Shown piece by piece: positions 19,364 through 31,200 of a stretch of 64,000 nt of DNA. The stretch covers positions 64,001-128,000 of the forward strand of contig JAYFMW010000026.1 in the NCBI GenBank assembly GCA_042408215.1, read 5' to 3'. Under the pieces are notes generated by a model. The model was not told the DNA's origin and did no database searches. It worked only from the letters and a program-made list of their open reading frames with translations. Position 1 is the stretch's first letter; each line of letters starts with the position of its first letter. The DNA is from Microcoleus sp. (GTDB lineage: Bacteria > Cyanobacteriota > Cyanobacteriia > Cyanobacteriales > Microcoleaceae). The position numbers and the translations under genes are program-made.

Positions 19364-19386
19364 CATAGACTCCCTAGAGGCATAAA

Positions 19387-22300
19387 ATGGCTAAAAAACG
19401 TCAAAAACCAGATGAAGAGTATCAACAACTCTCATTATTTGATATCCCAGTTAATTTGAACTCTGAGCGATCGGATGATCCAGATGATGACTGGTTGCAA
19501 GATGAAGAATTAGGGTCAAACTTTCAAACGTCCGATCGCACAATCGAACCTCAAACTCGCGACTTACTAACCCTCAAACTCTTGCGATCAGCCATTCAGA
19601 GTCAAAATCCAGGCGATCGCGTCATGGCAGACTTCGCAGAATATGTCTTGCCAAATCTGCTGCGAGTTGCCATTGGCGTCACAGCCAAAGGCGGCAAATT
19701 TTTTGACGAACTCGATCGCAAACAAGGAAAAGAGAACGTCAGGCGCGATAACGCAGGCGATCAGTCCCTAAATACTCACCTGCTAAATGGATTATTTCCC
19801 GCTAATTTAATTGAACAGCGGTTAGAAAAACTCGATACCACCGTGCGGCGATCCGTAGGAGAAAAAGAACGGCGGTTAGTAATTGCTGGATTTATTCTCC
19901 ACGACTTTGAAAAATTCCCCGATGTCCCCAACGATTGCCGCAAGTTACCACTAGAAAAGCACCGTCAAATTATTGATGAAAAAGTGCGACAGTTAGGACT
20001 AGATAGCTTGATCAATCCCGACGATCCAGATGCTTATCGAGAATACATTGACGATTTGCTCTGCCTTGCTTACAACGCTCAGCGGCGTTGGGATACTAAC
20101 TGGAATTTTTCCGAATTTGGGTTAAATCCAGTGTTGCGCGATCGCACACTCCGCAGTCTTTCAGACTTAACCTGTTTAGCAGATTCCCTAGCATCTATTA
20201 TCAAACATCCCCAAGATGCAGAAAATACCAGACTAAACGAGTTAATCCACAGCCTCAGCGACGGACAATTAAAATTCACTTATCACAGCATCGCTGAAAA
20301 CAGAGGCGTACTTACTAACGTCGTCAATAACGCTTTAATGGAAGTGCATACGGCGCTGAATACCGACGCTTGCACCTACTATGAACCACTGCTTTACCTA
20401 CCAACAGGTGTAATTTACCTAGCACGGCGGGATGCTCCTGCTATTTCAATTGCAGACTTGCCCGAACGGGTAGTTAGCAAGATTAAACAACTCTGCGCCG
20501 GACAATTGCAACGGCGACAAACTGGATTTGGTAGAGATGGTAAAGGCATGAAATATGCCGAGTATTATAACCTGTTTTTTGATCCGTCAGAGTTGATGCT
20601 AGTTGCTGTTGATGCTACTTTACGCATTCTCAAAATAGGAAAAAACTCTGTTGCCAAAAGTCGCAGCGATAATCTGATCAAATTTCAGCGTCAGGATGTT
20701 TTATCTGCCGATTATAAATTCAATTTTGAGGACGATATTCGGATTGACCAAATTGCTGAACTTGGGGACTTAGTGAGTCGCAAGATTTGGGGAGAACAGG
20801 TTAATACCATCGAAACTGCACGCAAGAAAGACAAAAAACTACCCGCCCTAACTCATCTAGATATTGTCGATGAAATTGCTAAGTTTTGGAACCTGTCCGA
20901 CTATCTACCAGCCCTAAGAGAAATTCAACGGATTAATGAAAGCCTCAAAGAACTTAAACTAAAAGGCAATACAGGCGGCGTTCCTTACGAATGGTACTAT
21001 TTAGCAGCAAAGTACCTAGAACATCACCCAGGAATTGAGGATGTGCGGGAAGTTTGCGAACAGGCGATCGCCCACATTTCCCAAATGATTAAACCCATTC
21101 TTTCACAGTACAAATTGCCCGACGGTTGGGACGATTTGCGGTTGTGGGTAACGCGGGTTGTTATGTTACCCGGAAATACACCATTGGACACAGCATCCGC
21201 TGACGTATTTTTAGATGAATTGGAACGCTACCAACTCGCCAAAAAACAGGGTAGAGGAAGACAGTTAATCTGTTCGATTTCCCATTCAGCTTACACGGTG
21301 ACAGAACAAATGGAATCAGCCGTTTTGTTCACCCCTCAAGTTTACACTAACAAACAAATGTTGGGAGGTTCTAACGCCAAACGGAATATTTCTAGTATTG
21401 CAGGTTTGGAAATGATGCTGAGGCAAATTTTAATGAATCAAACTCAAGCTGTGGGCAAAAAATTTGAAGATGGCAAATATCGCTATCTCTATTTTTATCC
21501 CACATATTACTTCACCCCAGAAACAAATAAGTTTCTGCAAAAAGCCTACACTAGCATTGCCCAAACCCGCTTTGATACCAGCATACGCAATCATTTTATC
21601 AGCAAAGATTTGCAAGCCGATTTTGGGCGCGATCGCTACCAAAGCATCGATGCTTTCCTCATAGATGAAAACATCGAACCAGGAAAAGACCGCACCTTCA
21701 AACTTTCCTATCCCGAAGACCAACCTCTAACATTTTACTTCATGGCGCTTCCCCCCGGTAGAGATGCAACAGATACCGAATCTTGGGTAATGCCAGCTTG
21801 GCTAGCTTTTGCTTTCCCGATGATTCTGGATGTCAAAACCGTAGTTTCAGAGTCGCCAATTCCGCCTTTTAACGACGGTGCAGAATTTGAAGAAACCGTA
21901 TTTCTTGACAGTGTACCCCAAGCTTTTAGGGTATTGACCAAGCGCGATCGCTTTCGTCTCGACTATATTTTAGAAGGATGGGAGGAAAACGGCAAATCTT
22001 ATCCAGCACCTTTGAATGTGTTAACCGCTGCTTATGCGATTCACCTTGATGTTAATGCAAAACAAGGGAAGTCCGGTTATGACTCCAACTGGGGAAAATT
22101 AACTGAACTCGCCACTGATTTTGAAACCAGCCCGCTTTATGTGTTTAGCTACCTAAATAAGTGGGTGCGGAAACAGAAAAATGAAACGGCATCAATTCAA
22201 AAGATTAAGCTTTATGCTTATCATTTTTACCCTTGCTTTGACTCCTATGCCCAACTATAATTTCATGATCAGAGGAACGGATCGACTGAGACAACCGCAT

Positions 22301-22791
22301 CAAGCCTAAACCACCCTGCCAAAAATTGACAGGAATTGTATCGCAGGTTCTATACCGCTGACAAGTAAGCGATACAATCCCAAGGCAAATGCTGTGCTGA
22401 AACCGATTGATATTGCCTCTAAAACCATCCTGGAAGCCGATCGCAGTTTTCAAGGTGAGCATCTTCCTACGTGTTGGGCTCCGTTGCGTGCTGAAGCCTG
22501 TTCGGGGAAAAGCTCGATGGATCGCGTTCACTGCTTCTACTGCTGAAGGGCGCTGGGATTTGGCTCAGCAAGCGGGAGGAAGAACGAGAGGCAATTTTAG
22601 AGTTTGCTCGCTACTTTGTTGAGGAGGTGTTTGAGCAATCATTTGCGGGCGATCGCGCTCGTTTAGCAGGTCGCCAAATCAACTTAATCCGAGATACCTG
22701 CGAATTTCTTTACCGTTTAGAGAATGACAAAGACAATCGTGATAGAGATGACAAATCTCCTGACGATTTACAAGAAGAAGCTGACAATTAA
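19387..22791 (+). CDS. cas10d: Cas10d (Csc3); C-terminal Cas11d region frameshifted in this sequence
   Basis: DQSLNTHLLN and LHDFEK (HD nuclease); ORF stops at 22260 but LKPID, AEGRW and FAGDRARLAGRQINLIRDTCEF continue in other frames to TAA at 22791. Confidence 0.88.
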
Positions 22792-22860
22792 AGCTGAATT
22801 TTTTGTTCGATCGGCTACAGGCTAACTACAAAACTAACATTTTTACATAGGACACAAATC

Positions 22861-23874
22861 ATGCCTTTCTTGAAAACAGTTGACTCTAAATTTTTCCATG
22901 CTAACATCCCCTACAAACCAATGGGTAAATATGTACACTTTCTGACTGTGCGGGTGACGGAATCTTATCCCCTATTTCAGACAGATGGAGAACTGAATAA
23001 AGCGCGGGTGAGGTCAGGAATTCAAGACCAAAAACCAATCAGTCGCCTGACCATGTTTAAGCGCAAGCAATCTACACCAGAACGTTTGGTCGGTCGCGAG
23101 TTGCTGCGTAACTACGGTTTTATGACCGCTGAAGACTGCGAATACAATGTCAAGTTTGCCATGAATAACCCTGATTGCATTATCTACGGATTTGCGATCG
23201 GTGACTCTGGTTCAGAGAAGTCAAAAGTCGTAGTTGACACAGCATTTTCAATTACCGCTTTTGACGAATCTCACGAGACTTTTACCCTCAATGCTCCCTT
23301 TGAAAATGGCACAATGGCATCTAAGGGTGAAGCAGGTTCCAAACCAGGCGAAGTTACCAGCCGCATCAATCAGCAAGACCACATCAAACCCCAGATTTTC
23401 TTTCCTAGCATTGTCACCCTGAAAGATCCTACCGAAGCTAGTTTTTTGTATGTTTTCAACAACATCCTGAGAACGCGGCACTATGGGGCTCAAACCACCC
23501 GCACAGGTAGAGTCAGAAATGAGTTAATTGGTGTGGTATTTGCAGATGGCGAAATTACCAGTAACCTCCGCTGGACGCAAGCAATTTACGACAAATTGCA
23601 GCTTGACAATAAGCTGAATTCCAACAACCCTCTCAATGAAGATGATGTGATTATAGCTGCTAGCGCTGCTATCCAAACATTAATGTCTGAGGAATTTATC
23701 GTGCATCAGGACTTTATTGGGAATAAGTTTACACCATTAGTGACAGAGGTTAAAGCTGTTATTGGCAATGAAGATGAACTCAAAAAGATGTTGAAAAAAG
23801 CTGATGACGAGGCTAAAGCTTACGCGAAGAAGCATATCAAGGGTAAAGCGGGATCTACAGCAGCAGCGGAGTAA
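22861..23874 (+). CDS. csc2: Cas7d (Csc2)
   Basis: FKRKQSTPERL, DCIIYGFAIG, YGAQTTRTG. Confidence 0.9.
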   Translation: MPFLKTVDSKFFHANIPYKPMGKYVHFLTVRVTESYPLFQTDGELNKARVRSGIQDQKPISRLTMFKRKQSTPERLVGRELLRNYGFMTAEDCEYNVKFAMNNPDCIIYGFAIGDSGSEKSKVVVDTAFSITAFDESHETFTLNAPFENGTMASKGEAGSKPGEVTSRINQQDHIKPQIFFPSIVTLKDPTEASFLYVFNNILRTRHYGAQTTRTGRVRNELIGVVFADGEITSNLRWTQAIYDKLQLDNKLNSNNPLNEDDVIIAASAAIQTLMSEEFIVHQDFIGNKFTPLVTEVKAVIGNEDELKKMLKKADDEAKAYAKKHIKGKAGSTAAAE

Positions 23875-23879
23875 CAACA

Positions 23880-24587
23880 ATGGCTATTATTTACCGCTGT
23901 CAAATCGAGTTGCACGATAGCCTTTATTTTGCAACTCGCGAGATAGGGAGACTTTACGAAACAGAGCCGGTAATTCACAATTACGCGCTTTGTTACGCCC
24001 TCGGTTTGGTGGATAGCGAAATCTATGCCACCACCGTTTCCGAAGAACATTCCTATCGCTATTTCTGTCCCGAACAAATCCCCAAATACGAGCCGCATTT
24101 AACGGCGCTCAACCAACAGGGGATTTATGTTACTCCAGGGCGATCGCTTTTTCACTCCTCCACTCTCAATACTTGGAAATACGCCAACAACAACTATCAC
24201 GTTGAGATGGAAAAAACCCAGAAAAATATCCCCAGTTTTGGCAGAACCAAAGAAATTGCTCCTGAAAGCAAATTTGAGTTTTTCATCATCTCAGAAAAGG
24301 CTTTGAAACTGGCTAAATGGATTCGTTTGGGAAAGTGGATGAGCAAAGCAGCAGTCGAAATTGTAGAACAGAAGGAAGTGAAACGCTCAACTTCTGAAGC
24401 TGACTTGATTTTTCCCTATTTGCTCAATCCTTTAGATGTGATGTTTTCTCATCAAGTGATTAGCTACGATGTGGTAAATATGCCCCCAGTTAGTTTGATT
24501 CAAAATGTCAAAATGAGAGGGCGATATTACCTATTTGAAAACCTCAAAATTCCAGCCTGTATGCAATATCGCTTTAAGGCTGATTAA
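23880..24587 (+). CDS. csc1: Cas5d (Csc1)
   Basis: FATRE, IHNYALCYAL, WIRLGKWMSK, LNPLD. Confidence 0.9.
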   Translation: MAIIYRCQIELHDSLYFATREIGRLYETEPVIHNYALCYALGLVDSEIYATTVSEEHSYRYFCPEQIPKYEPHLTALNQQGIYVTPGRSLFHSSTLNTWKYANNNYHVEMEKTQKNIPSFGRTKEIAPESKFEFFIISEKALKLAKWIRLGKWMSKAAVEIVEQKEVKRSTSEADLIFPYLLNPLDVMFSHQVISYDVVNMPPVSLIQNVKMRGRYYLFENLKIPACMQYRFKAD

Positions 24588-24626
24588 TACGAGGCAGAGC
24601 CTCTAGAAATGCGTTCCCAGATAGAA

Positions 24627-24839
24627 CCCATTGGTGACAACAAACACGTTAAACGTAATACCGGTCTGCTGTTTGATGATTAGGCCCCGATCCCCCCTAA
24701 CCCCCCTTAAGAAGGGGGGAACCGGAAATAGATCTTTCGTCACCCCCTACTCCCCTTCTTAAGGGGGATTTAGGGGGTTCTAGACTCGGCTCTGAACGAG
24801 AGATACAAAGGTTTTAAGGCTTAAGTTGTCATCAATGGG
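24627..24839. mobile_element. MITE of the CCCATTGGTG family, nested in a REP-like repeat
   Basis: CCCATTGGTGACAAC / GTTGTCATCAATGGG ends; flanks TAGAA and TGGAA. Confidence 0.75.
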
Positions 24840-24886
24840 TGGAACCTAGAAACGAGAAATTAAACCAACTTTAACCATTAACCAAT

Positions 24887-25770
24887 ATGCCACACAGCCT
24901 AGTCCTAAACCTCCTCCCCCAGGCCCCAATTCCCCCCGGATACCTCACCGGAAGACACCTGCACGCCCTATTCCTCACCCTCGTGAGCACCGCAGACAAA
25001 AAACTCGGCGACTACCTCCACGAAGCCACCGCCCAAAAATCCTTCACCCTCAGCCCTTTACAAACCAAAAAATGCCCTTTCAAAAAACATCATTCCCTCC
25101 AATGGGAACACACAGAACCAATTCCAGAACATACCCTCTGCTGGTGGCGAATTACTCTCCTTGATGACAGTTTATTCAGCAAATTAACTCACCTTTGGCT
25201 CAATCTTAATCCCGCTCATCCCTGGCACCTGGGCCCGGCGGATTTGCTGATTACGAATATCTTCGGCACTGCTCAATTAAATCAACCTTGGGCTAATGCT
25301 TGTACTTACTCTCAATTGTACGAACAAGCTTCGGAAACTAACCGCTTAATTGCTTTTAGTTTTGCGACTCCTACTACTTTTAGGCAGGGGAAATTCGATT
25401 CGGTGATTCCTACTAGAGAATGCGTTTTTAACAGTCTTCTCAGTCGCTGGAATAAGTACAGCCCGCATCGCAGATTCCCGATCTTTCCTTCGATGCACTG
25501 TTTTCGACATTTGTCAATATAAAAAGCGAAAAAGTGACTAACTATGAAATCAATTTTGTGGGGATGGTTGGGGAGGTTAGTTATCGGATCTTGGGTGATG
25601 TGGAACCTTTGGCGATTAAGCAAATTAATGCTTTGGCTGATTTTGCTCTTTACTGCGGGGTTGGGAGGAAAACTCCGATGGGGATGGGAATGACACGGCG
25701 AATTGCGATCGCACCTTCTCAAAAAATTACCAAGCAAAATGCAGAATTATCGTTCCCGATTCAAGGGTAA
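24887..25770 (+). CDS. cas6: Cas6 endoribonuclease (frameshifted near 25460-25535)
   Basis: GRHLHALF, FTLSPL, FATPTTFRQ; Gly loop YCGVGRKTPMGMG lies in a second frame. Confidence 0.85.
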
Positions 25771-25830
25771 TAGCTTTGTATTTGTCGTTAACTCATTTCA
25801 AACTGAAACGTTGCACCATTCTCAATAAAT

Positions 25831-26061
25831 CTGTAGGGGCGGGTTCGCCAAGGACTTTAAAGATAGCAAACAGATTAAATAAACCCGCCCCCACCCACGA
25901 AAAAACCCGATCGAGTCATTTTTGCTCCACGCACAGGGCTAAGCATTTTGGTCTAATATTTGACGTTTTATCTGGAACTTTTCGCCCGAATGCTTAGTGG
26001 GGAGGGCGGGTTTATTTAACTTGTTTGCAAGCTTGAAGATTGCTGGCGAACCCGCCCCTAC
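25831..26061. repeat. Composite REP (BIME-like) palindrome between cas6 and cas4
   Basis: TGTAGGGGCGGGTTCGCCA ... TGGCGAACCCGCCCCTACA outer inverted arms with inner REP pairs. Confidence 0.75.
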
Positions 26062-26137
26062 AGGGTTATTTAAAATGGTGCTAAATGTCAGTTATCCAGA
26101 TTTTTTCACTATCTAATTTAGGAAAATTGGTGTAACT

Positions 26138-26731
26138 ATGAACGATTTTGATTACATTTCGATCGCACTTCTCAACCAATACTCTTACTGTCCTCACCGC
26201 TGTTGGCGAATGTCTTGTGCGGGAGAATTTGCGGATAACCAGTATACCATCGAAGGGACGACTTTGCACGATCGCGTCCACACGATGGGCGAAATCAACC
26301 GCGACGAAACTTGGCAAATTCGGGCGATTTGGCTGAAGTCTGAGAAGTATATGCTGATTGGGAAATCCGACTTAATTGAATCAACCGATGGTGAGTTGTA
26401 TCCCGTCGAGTACAAGCGGGGGCGGAAGGGGGAATGGGATAATGATGAGTTGCAAGTTTGCGCTCAAGCGCTTTGTTTGGAGGAGATGACGGGGAAAAGT
26501 ATTGCGACTGGATATGTGTATTACGCGCAGTCGCATCAGCGGCAATTAGTGGAGATTTCTGAGCGGTTGAGACGGGAGGCAATTGTGACTATTTCTGCAA
26601 TCCAAATTTTACTGCAAACGGGCAAAATGCCTCCAGCTAATTATAGCAAACGCTGTCAGGGTTGCAGTCTTTATCCGCAATGTTTGCCGCAAGCTGCGGA
26701 GAAAGTCCTGCGCTATCAAGAAGCAAGTTAA
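26138..26731 (+). CDS. cas4: Cas4
   Basis: YCPHR, GKSDLIE..PVEYK, QALCLEE, CQGCSLYPQC. Confidence 0.93.
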   Translation: MNDFDYISIALLNQYSYCPHRCWRMSCAGEFADNQYTIEGTTLHDRVHTMGEINRDETWQIRAIWLKSEKYMLIGKSDLIESTDGELYPVEYKRGRKGEWDNDELQVCAQALCLEEMTGKSIATGYVYYAQSHQRQLVEISERLRREAIVTISAIQILLQTGKMPPANYSKRCQGCSLYPQCLPQAAEKVLRYQEAS

Positions 26732-26753
26732 CCTACAAATAGGAGAGTTCACA

Positions 26754-27761
26754 ATGGGAACAGTTTACATTACTCAAGAAGATGCTTTTATCGGCAAGAA
26801 TGACGAACGTCTTACCGTTAAAGCAGACAAAAAAAATTTGTTGGATGTGCCGTTAATTAAAATTGATGGTGTTGTTGCTTTGGGACGCGCCACAGTTTCT
26901 CCGGCTGTGGTTGTGGAACTTTTGGAACGTCACATTCCTTTAAGCTTTCTGACTGAAACGGACGTTATTTAGGCAGGCTGGAACCGGAAATGACGTAAAA
27001 ATATTTTTGTGCGAAAAGCTCAGTGGCAAGCAGCAGGCGAATCTGAAAAGTCAGTACATTTAGTCAGGGGTTTTGTACGAGGTAAACTCAAAAATTACCG
27101 CAATACTTTGTTGGAATGTCAGCGCAAATATTCTCCACAAGATTTTGAAAAATCGATCGCCCAATTGAAACAAGTCATCGCGTCAATAGACAAAACTGCG
27201 AGTATTAATTCCCTGCGAGGATTAGAGGGGGCGGGTAGTGCGACTTATTTTGGCTGCTTCAATCGGCTGATTCGCGTGCCTGAATTTAGCTTTGAAGTTC
27301 GCCGTCGTCGTCCGCCGACCGATCCGGTAAATTCTCTGTTAAGTTTGGGATATTCTCTGTTGCGGCACGATGTTCAAAGTGCGGTGAATATTGTGGGGTT
27401 CGATCCGTATTTGGGATATCTTGCATTTCGAGCGCTATGGCCGTCCTTCCTTAGCACTGGATTTGATGGAAGAATTTCGACCGTTGGTAGTTGATGCTGT
27501 AGTGTTAACAGCGATCAATTTGCAGAAAGTTGCTCCTAATGATTTTACGGCAGAACCGTTGAGCGGTGCGGTTTCTTTGACAAAAGAAGCGCTGCACAAT
27601 TTTTTACGACTTTACGAGCAAAAGAAACAGTCAAAATTTAAGCATCCAGTGATGGGAAAGTCGTGTGCACTTATCAAGAAGCTTTTGAAATTCAAGGGCG
27701 GCTGATGGCTAAGTATTTGATGGGTGAAATTGACAAGTATCCACCTTTAGTTTTGTACTAG
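26754..27761 (+). CDS. cas1: Cas1 (split over several frames)
   Basis: LRGLEG, RRPPTDPVNSLLS, GFDPYLGY, LALDLMEEFRP; frameshifts near 26960-27000, 27420 and 27660. Confidence 0.88.
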
Positions 27762-27763
27762 AT

Positions 27764-28039
27764 ATGCACATTCTGATTTCTTACGATGTCCCGGAGGATA
27801 AGCGCCGGACAAAGATTCACAAAATGCTCAAATCCTATGGGCAGTGGATGCAGTACAGTGTGTTTGAGTGTGCTGATTTGACTGAGACTCAGTACGCTAA
27901 GTTGCGATCGCGCCTGAACAAAGTCATCAAACCGAACGAAGACAGCATTTTGTTTTTTCGGCTGTGCGCGTGCTGTCAGGGTAAAATTGAACGTATTGGT
28001 GGGGTAGTGCCTGCCGATCGGACAATATTTTTTGCCTAG
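27764..28039 (+). CDS. cas2: Cas2
   Basis: ISYDV, QYSVFEC. Confidence 0.93.
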   Translation: MHILISYDVPEDKRRTKIHKMLKSYGQWMQYSVFECADLTETQYAKLRSRLNKVIKPNEDSILFFRLCACCQGKIERIGGVVPADRTIFFA

Positions 28040-28290
28040 TTTCCGTGAATCGGTAGGTGTTAAAATAGGGGTATCAAATTTTTCGGCTGAAACTCATGTG
28101 CAGCAAGAGTTTGATGCCCCTCGTCTGAAAAAACGATTCACGGAAAGTCTGAAAGCTTTACAGGATAACGTTTTGGAGTGAATATGGAAATTTGGCTATT
28201 GACAAGTCGAAGGCTGGAATGGTACTTTTGTTTTAGATTCACGGAACTGAACCTTGAAAACCAAATACACTCTGGCTTCTGGAGCGGGCG
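28040..28290 (+). promoter_or_regulatory. CRISPR leader
   Basis: TTGACA at 28199 with TGGTACTTT downstream; GATTCACGGAA motif three times (one inverted); ACCTTGAAAA. Confidence 0.75.
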
Positions 28291-31200
28291 GCCGCAAAAT
28301 ACCTAAAACCCTATCAGGGATTGAAACCCTGGCAAATTCAACTCTTCCATTACTCGATCGCGTGCCGCAAAATACCTAAAACCCTATCAGGGATTGAAAC
28401 GCCGGTGGGGATATTCATGCGATTATTTCTGCCGCCGCAAAATACCTAAAACCCTATCAGGGATTGAAACGATAATTTTTTTTCAGCAAGCCACTGAACA
28501 TCGCGCCGCAAAATACCTAAAACCCTATCAGGGATTGAAACTCCATAATCGATCGAGCTAAAGCCGACTGCGATCGGGGCCGCAAAATACCTAAAACCCT
28601 ATCAGGGATTGAAACGGGCAGATTGATTTTGAGCTGCGATCGCAAGCTGTGGGCTAGGCCGCAAAATACCTAAAACCCTATCAGGGATTGAAACGATCAA
28701 GCATCTCCCGAGCTTCAACGTATAATCTGTGAGCCGCAAAATACCTAAAACCCTATCAGGGATTGAAACACAGTGCTCTATGACGAGTAACGCAATGGCC
28801 GCCAGCCGCAAAATACCTAAAACCCTATCAGGGATTGAAACGCTGAATGAATCATCGCTCAGTAAAAAATTACCATGCCGCAAAATACCTAAAACCCTAT
28901 CAGGGATTGAAACTTAGCGGCTAATGCTACTGATACCGTAGCATTAGCGCCGCAAAATACCTAAAACCCTATCAGGGATTGAAACCCCGCAATTGGGCTA
29001 AGCGGCTGTTCGTCGCTTCTTTCGCCGCAAAATACCTAAAACCCTATCAGGGATTGAAACCAGAATCACCGTTCTCAGAACGTGCAGCTAGCTTGGCCGC
29101 AAAATACCTAAAACCCTATCAGGGATTGAAACAGCCATTTTGCCGACATCGGCAAAATGGGCACCCCAGCCGCAAAATACCTAAAACCCTATCAGGGATT
29201 GAAACGAAAATGGCTGCTACGATGCCTCTATTTCTAAATGCCGCAAAATACCTAAAACCCTATCAGGGATTGAAACTTATTTTGAGATAATCCTGGCTAT
29301 AGATGACGGGCCGCAAAATACCTAAAACCCTATCAGGGATTGAAACAGAGGAAGTGTGTTCGCCCACGGGCGAAAAAACCTATGCCGCAAAATACCTAAA
29401 ACCCTATCAGGGATTGAAACTTCGCGGTGTTTTTAGCTTAATCTGCAAAGCGCTAAAGCGCCGCAAAATACCTAAAACCCTATCAGGGATTGAAACAATC
29501 TCGGATTAGCCCTAGCACCGCCTAATACGAGCCGCAAAATACCTAAAACCCTATCAGGGATTGAAACTTAACCGACTTGACCCCCTTGTCGATCGCAGAT
29601 GCGCCGCAAAATACCTAAAACCCTATCAGGGATTGAAACGAACTAACTACAGCTTGTTGGACGCTAGGAAGAAGTGCACCGCCGCAAAATACCTAAAACC
29701 CTATCAGGGATTGAAACAATCAGAACAGGAGCTAATATCTGTGCCGTTGAGCCGCAAAATACCTAAAACCCTATCAGGGATTGAAACAACACTAACTTAC
29801 GGGGAGCAATCCCTCTTTTCTTTCGCCGCAAAATACCTAAAACCCTATCAGGGATTGAAACGGAAGCAATATTAACAATACCCCGTCCGCTCTTTTGCCG
29901 CAAAATACCTAAAACCCTATCAGGGATTGAAACATTATAGTTACTTATATAAATCAAATTTGTAGCAAATTGCCGCAAAATACCTAAAACCCTATCAGGG
30001 ATTGAAACAGAACCGGGGAGGATTAGGACTAAACAATGGGGTGCCGCAAAATACCTAAAACCCTATCAGGGATTGAAACTCCATCAAGATTACCTATCGC
30101 GCCCCGGTACAACCCCACGCCGCAAAATACCTAAAACCCTATCAGGGATTGAAACCTCGTGGCTAGCGATCGCCTCCCGTACTTTCTCCCATGCCGCAAA
30201 ATACCTAAAACCCTATCAGGGATTGAAACCGTTGCTTGGACTTTTTCTGGCGTTACTTTGGATTCAGCCGCAAAATACCTAAAACCCTATCAGGGATTGA
30301 AACGTAGGAGTCTTGGTGACTCGCTATATGCTCTTCTAGCCGCAAAATACCTAAAACCCTATCAGGGATTGAAACACAAAATTGGCTCCGAGAAAACGAA
30401 AGCTTGATGGCCGCAAAATACCTAAAACCCTATCAGGGATTGAAACGATTGACATTTAGCCGATGTTCGGCAGACCTGCGCCGCAAAATACCTAAAACCC
30501 TATCAGGGATTGAAACGAACTTGCGCTTGAATTTGTGACGTTTTTTGCTGAACAGCGCCGCAAAATACCTAAAACCCTATCAGGGATTGAAACCTATTTC
30601 CTTGTGATACCGTTGCAGCCACAAAGGGCCGCAAAATACCTAAAACCCTATCAGGGATTGAAACTCAATACAGGAATCTTCATCAGGGAATTGAATAGCC
30701 GCAAAATACCTAAAACCCTATCAGGGATTGAAACGGATGCCCCCGCAGCGGAACAACAATTTGTCAAAGTTTGCGCCGCAAAATACCTAAAACCCTATCA
30801 GGGATTGAAACCTGTGTCTGGTTTTCTGAGCGCCGCCAGATTGTAACTGCCGCAAAATACCTAAAACCCTATCAGGGATTGAAACTGATAATCTTAAAAG
30901 CACTTCGCCAGCGCCATATAGCCGCAAAATACCTAAAACCCTATCAGGGATTGAAACTGGGTAGATGAGATAGATGATTGCAATAGGTGGGCCGCAAAAT
31001 ACCTAAAACCCTATCAGGGATTGAAACGGGCCACAGGCTATTGTATATTTTGTCCTCTTTGGGCCGCAAAATACCTAAAACCCTATCAGGGATTGAAACA
31101 TCTATTAATTTCACTCCAATTAATGACGATTTTTGCGCCGCAAAATACCTAAAACCCTATCAGGGATTGAAACTATTGCCAGCAAACCATTTTGCCTGCT

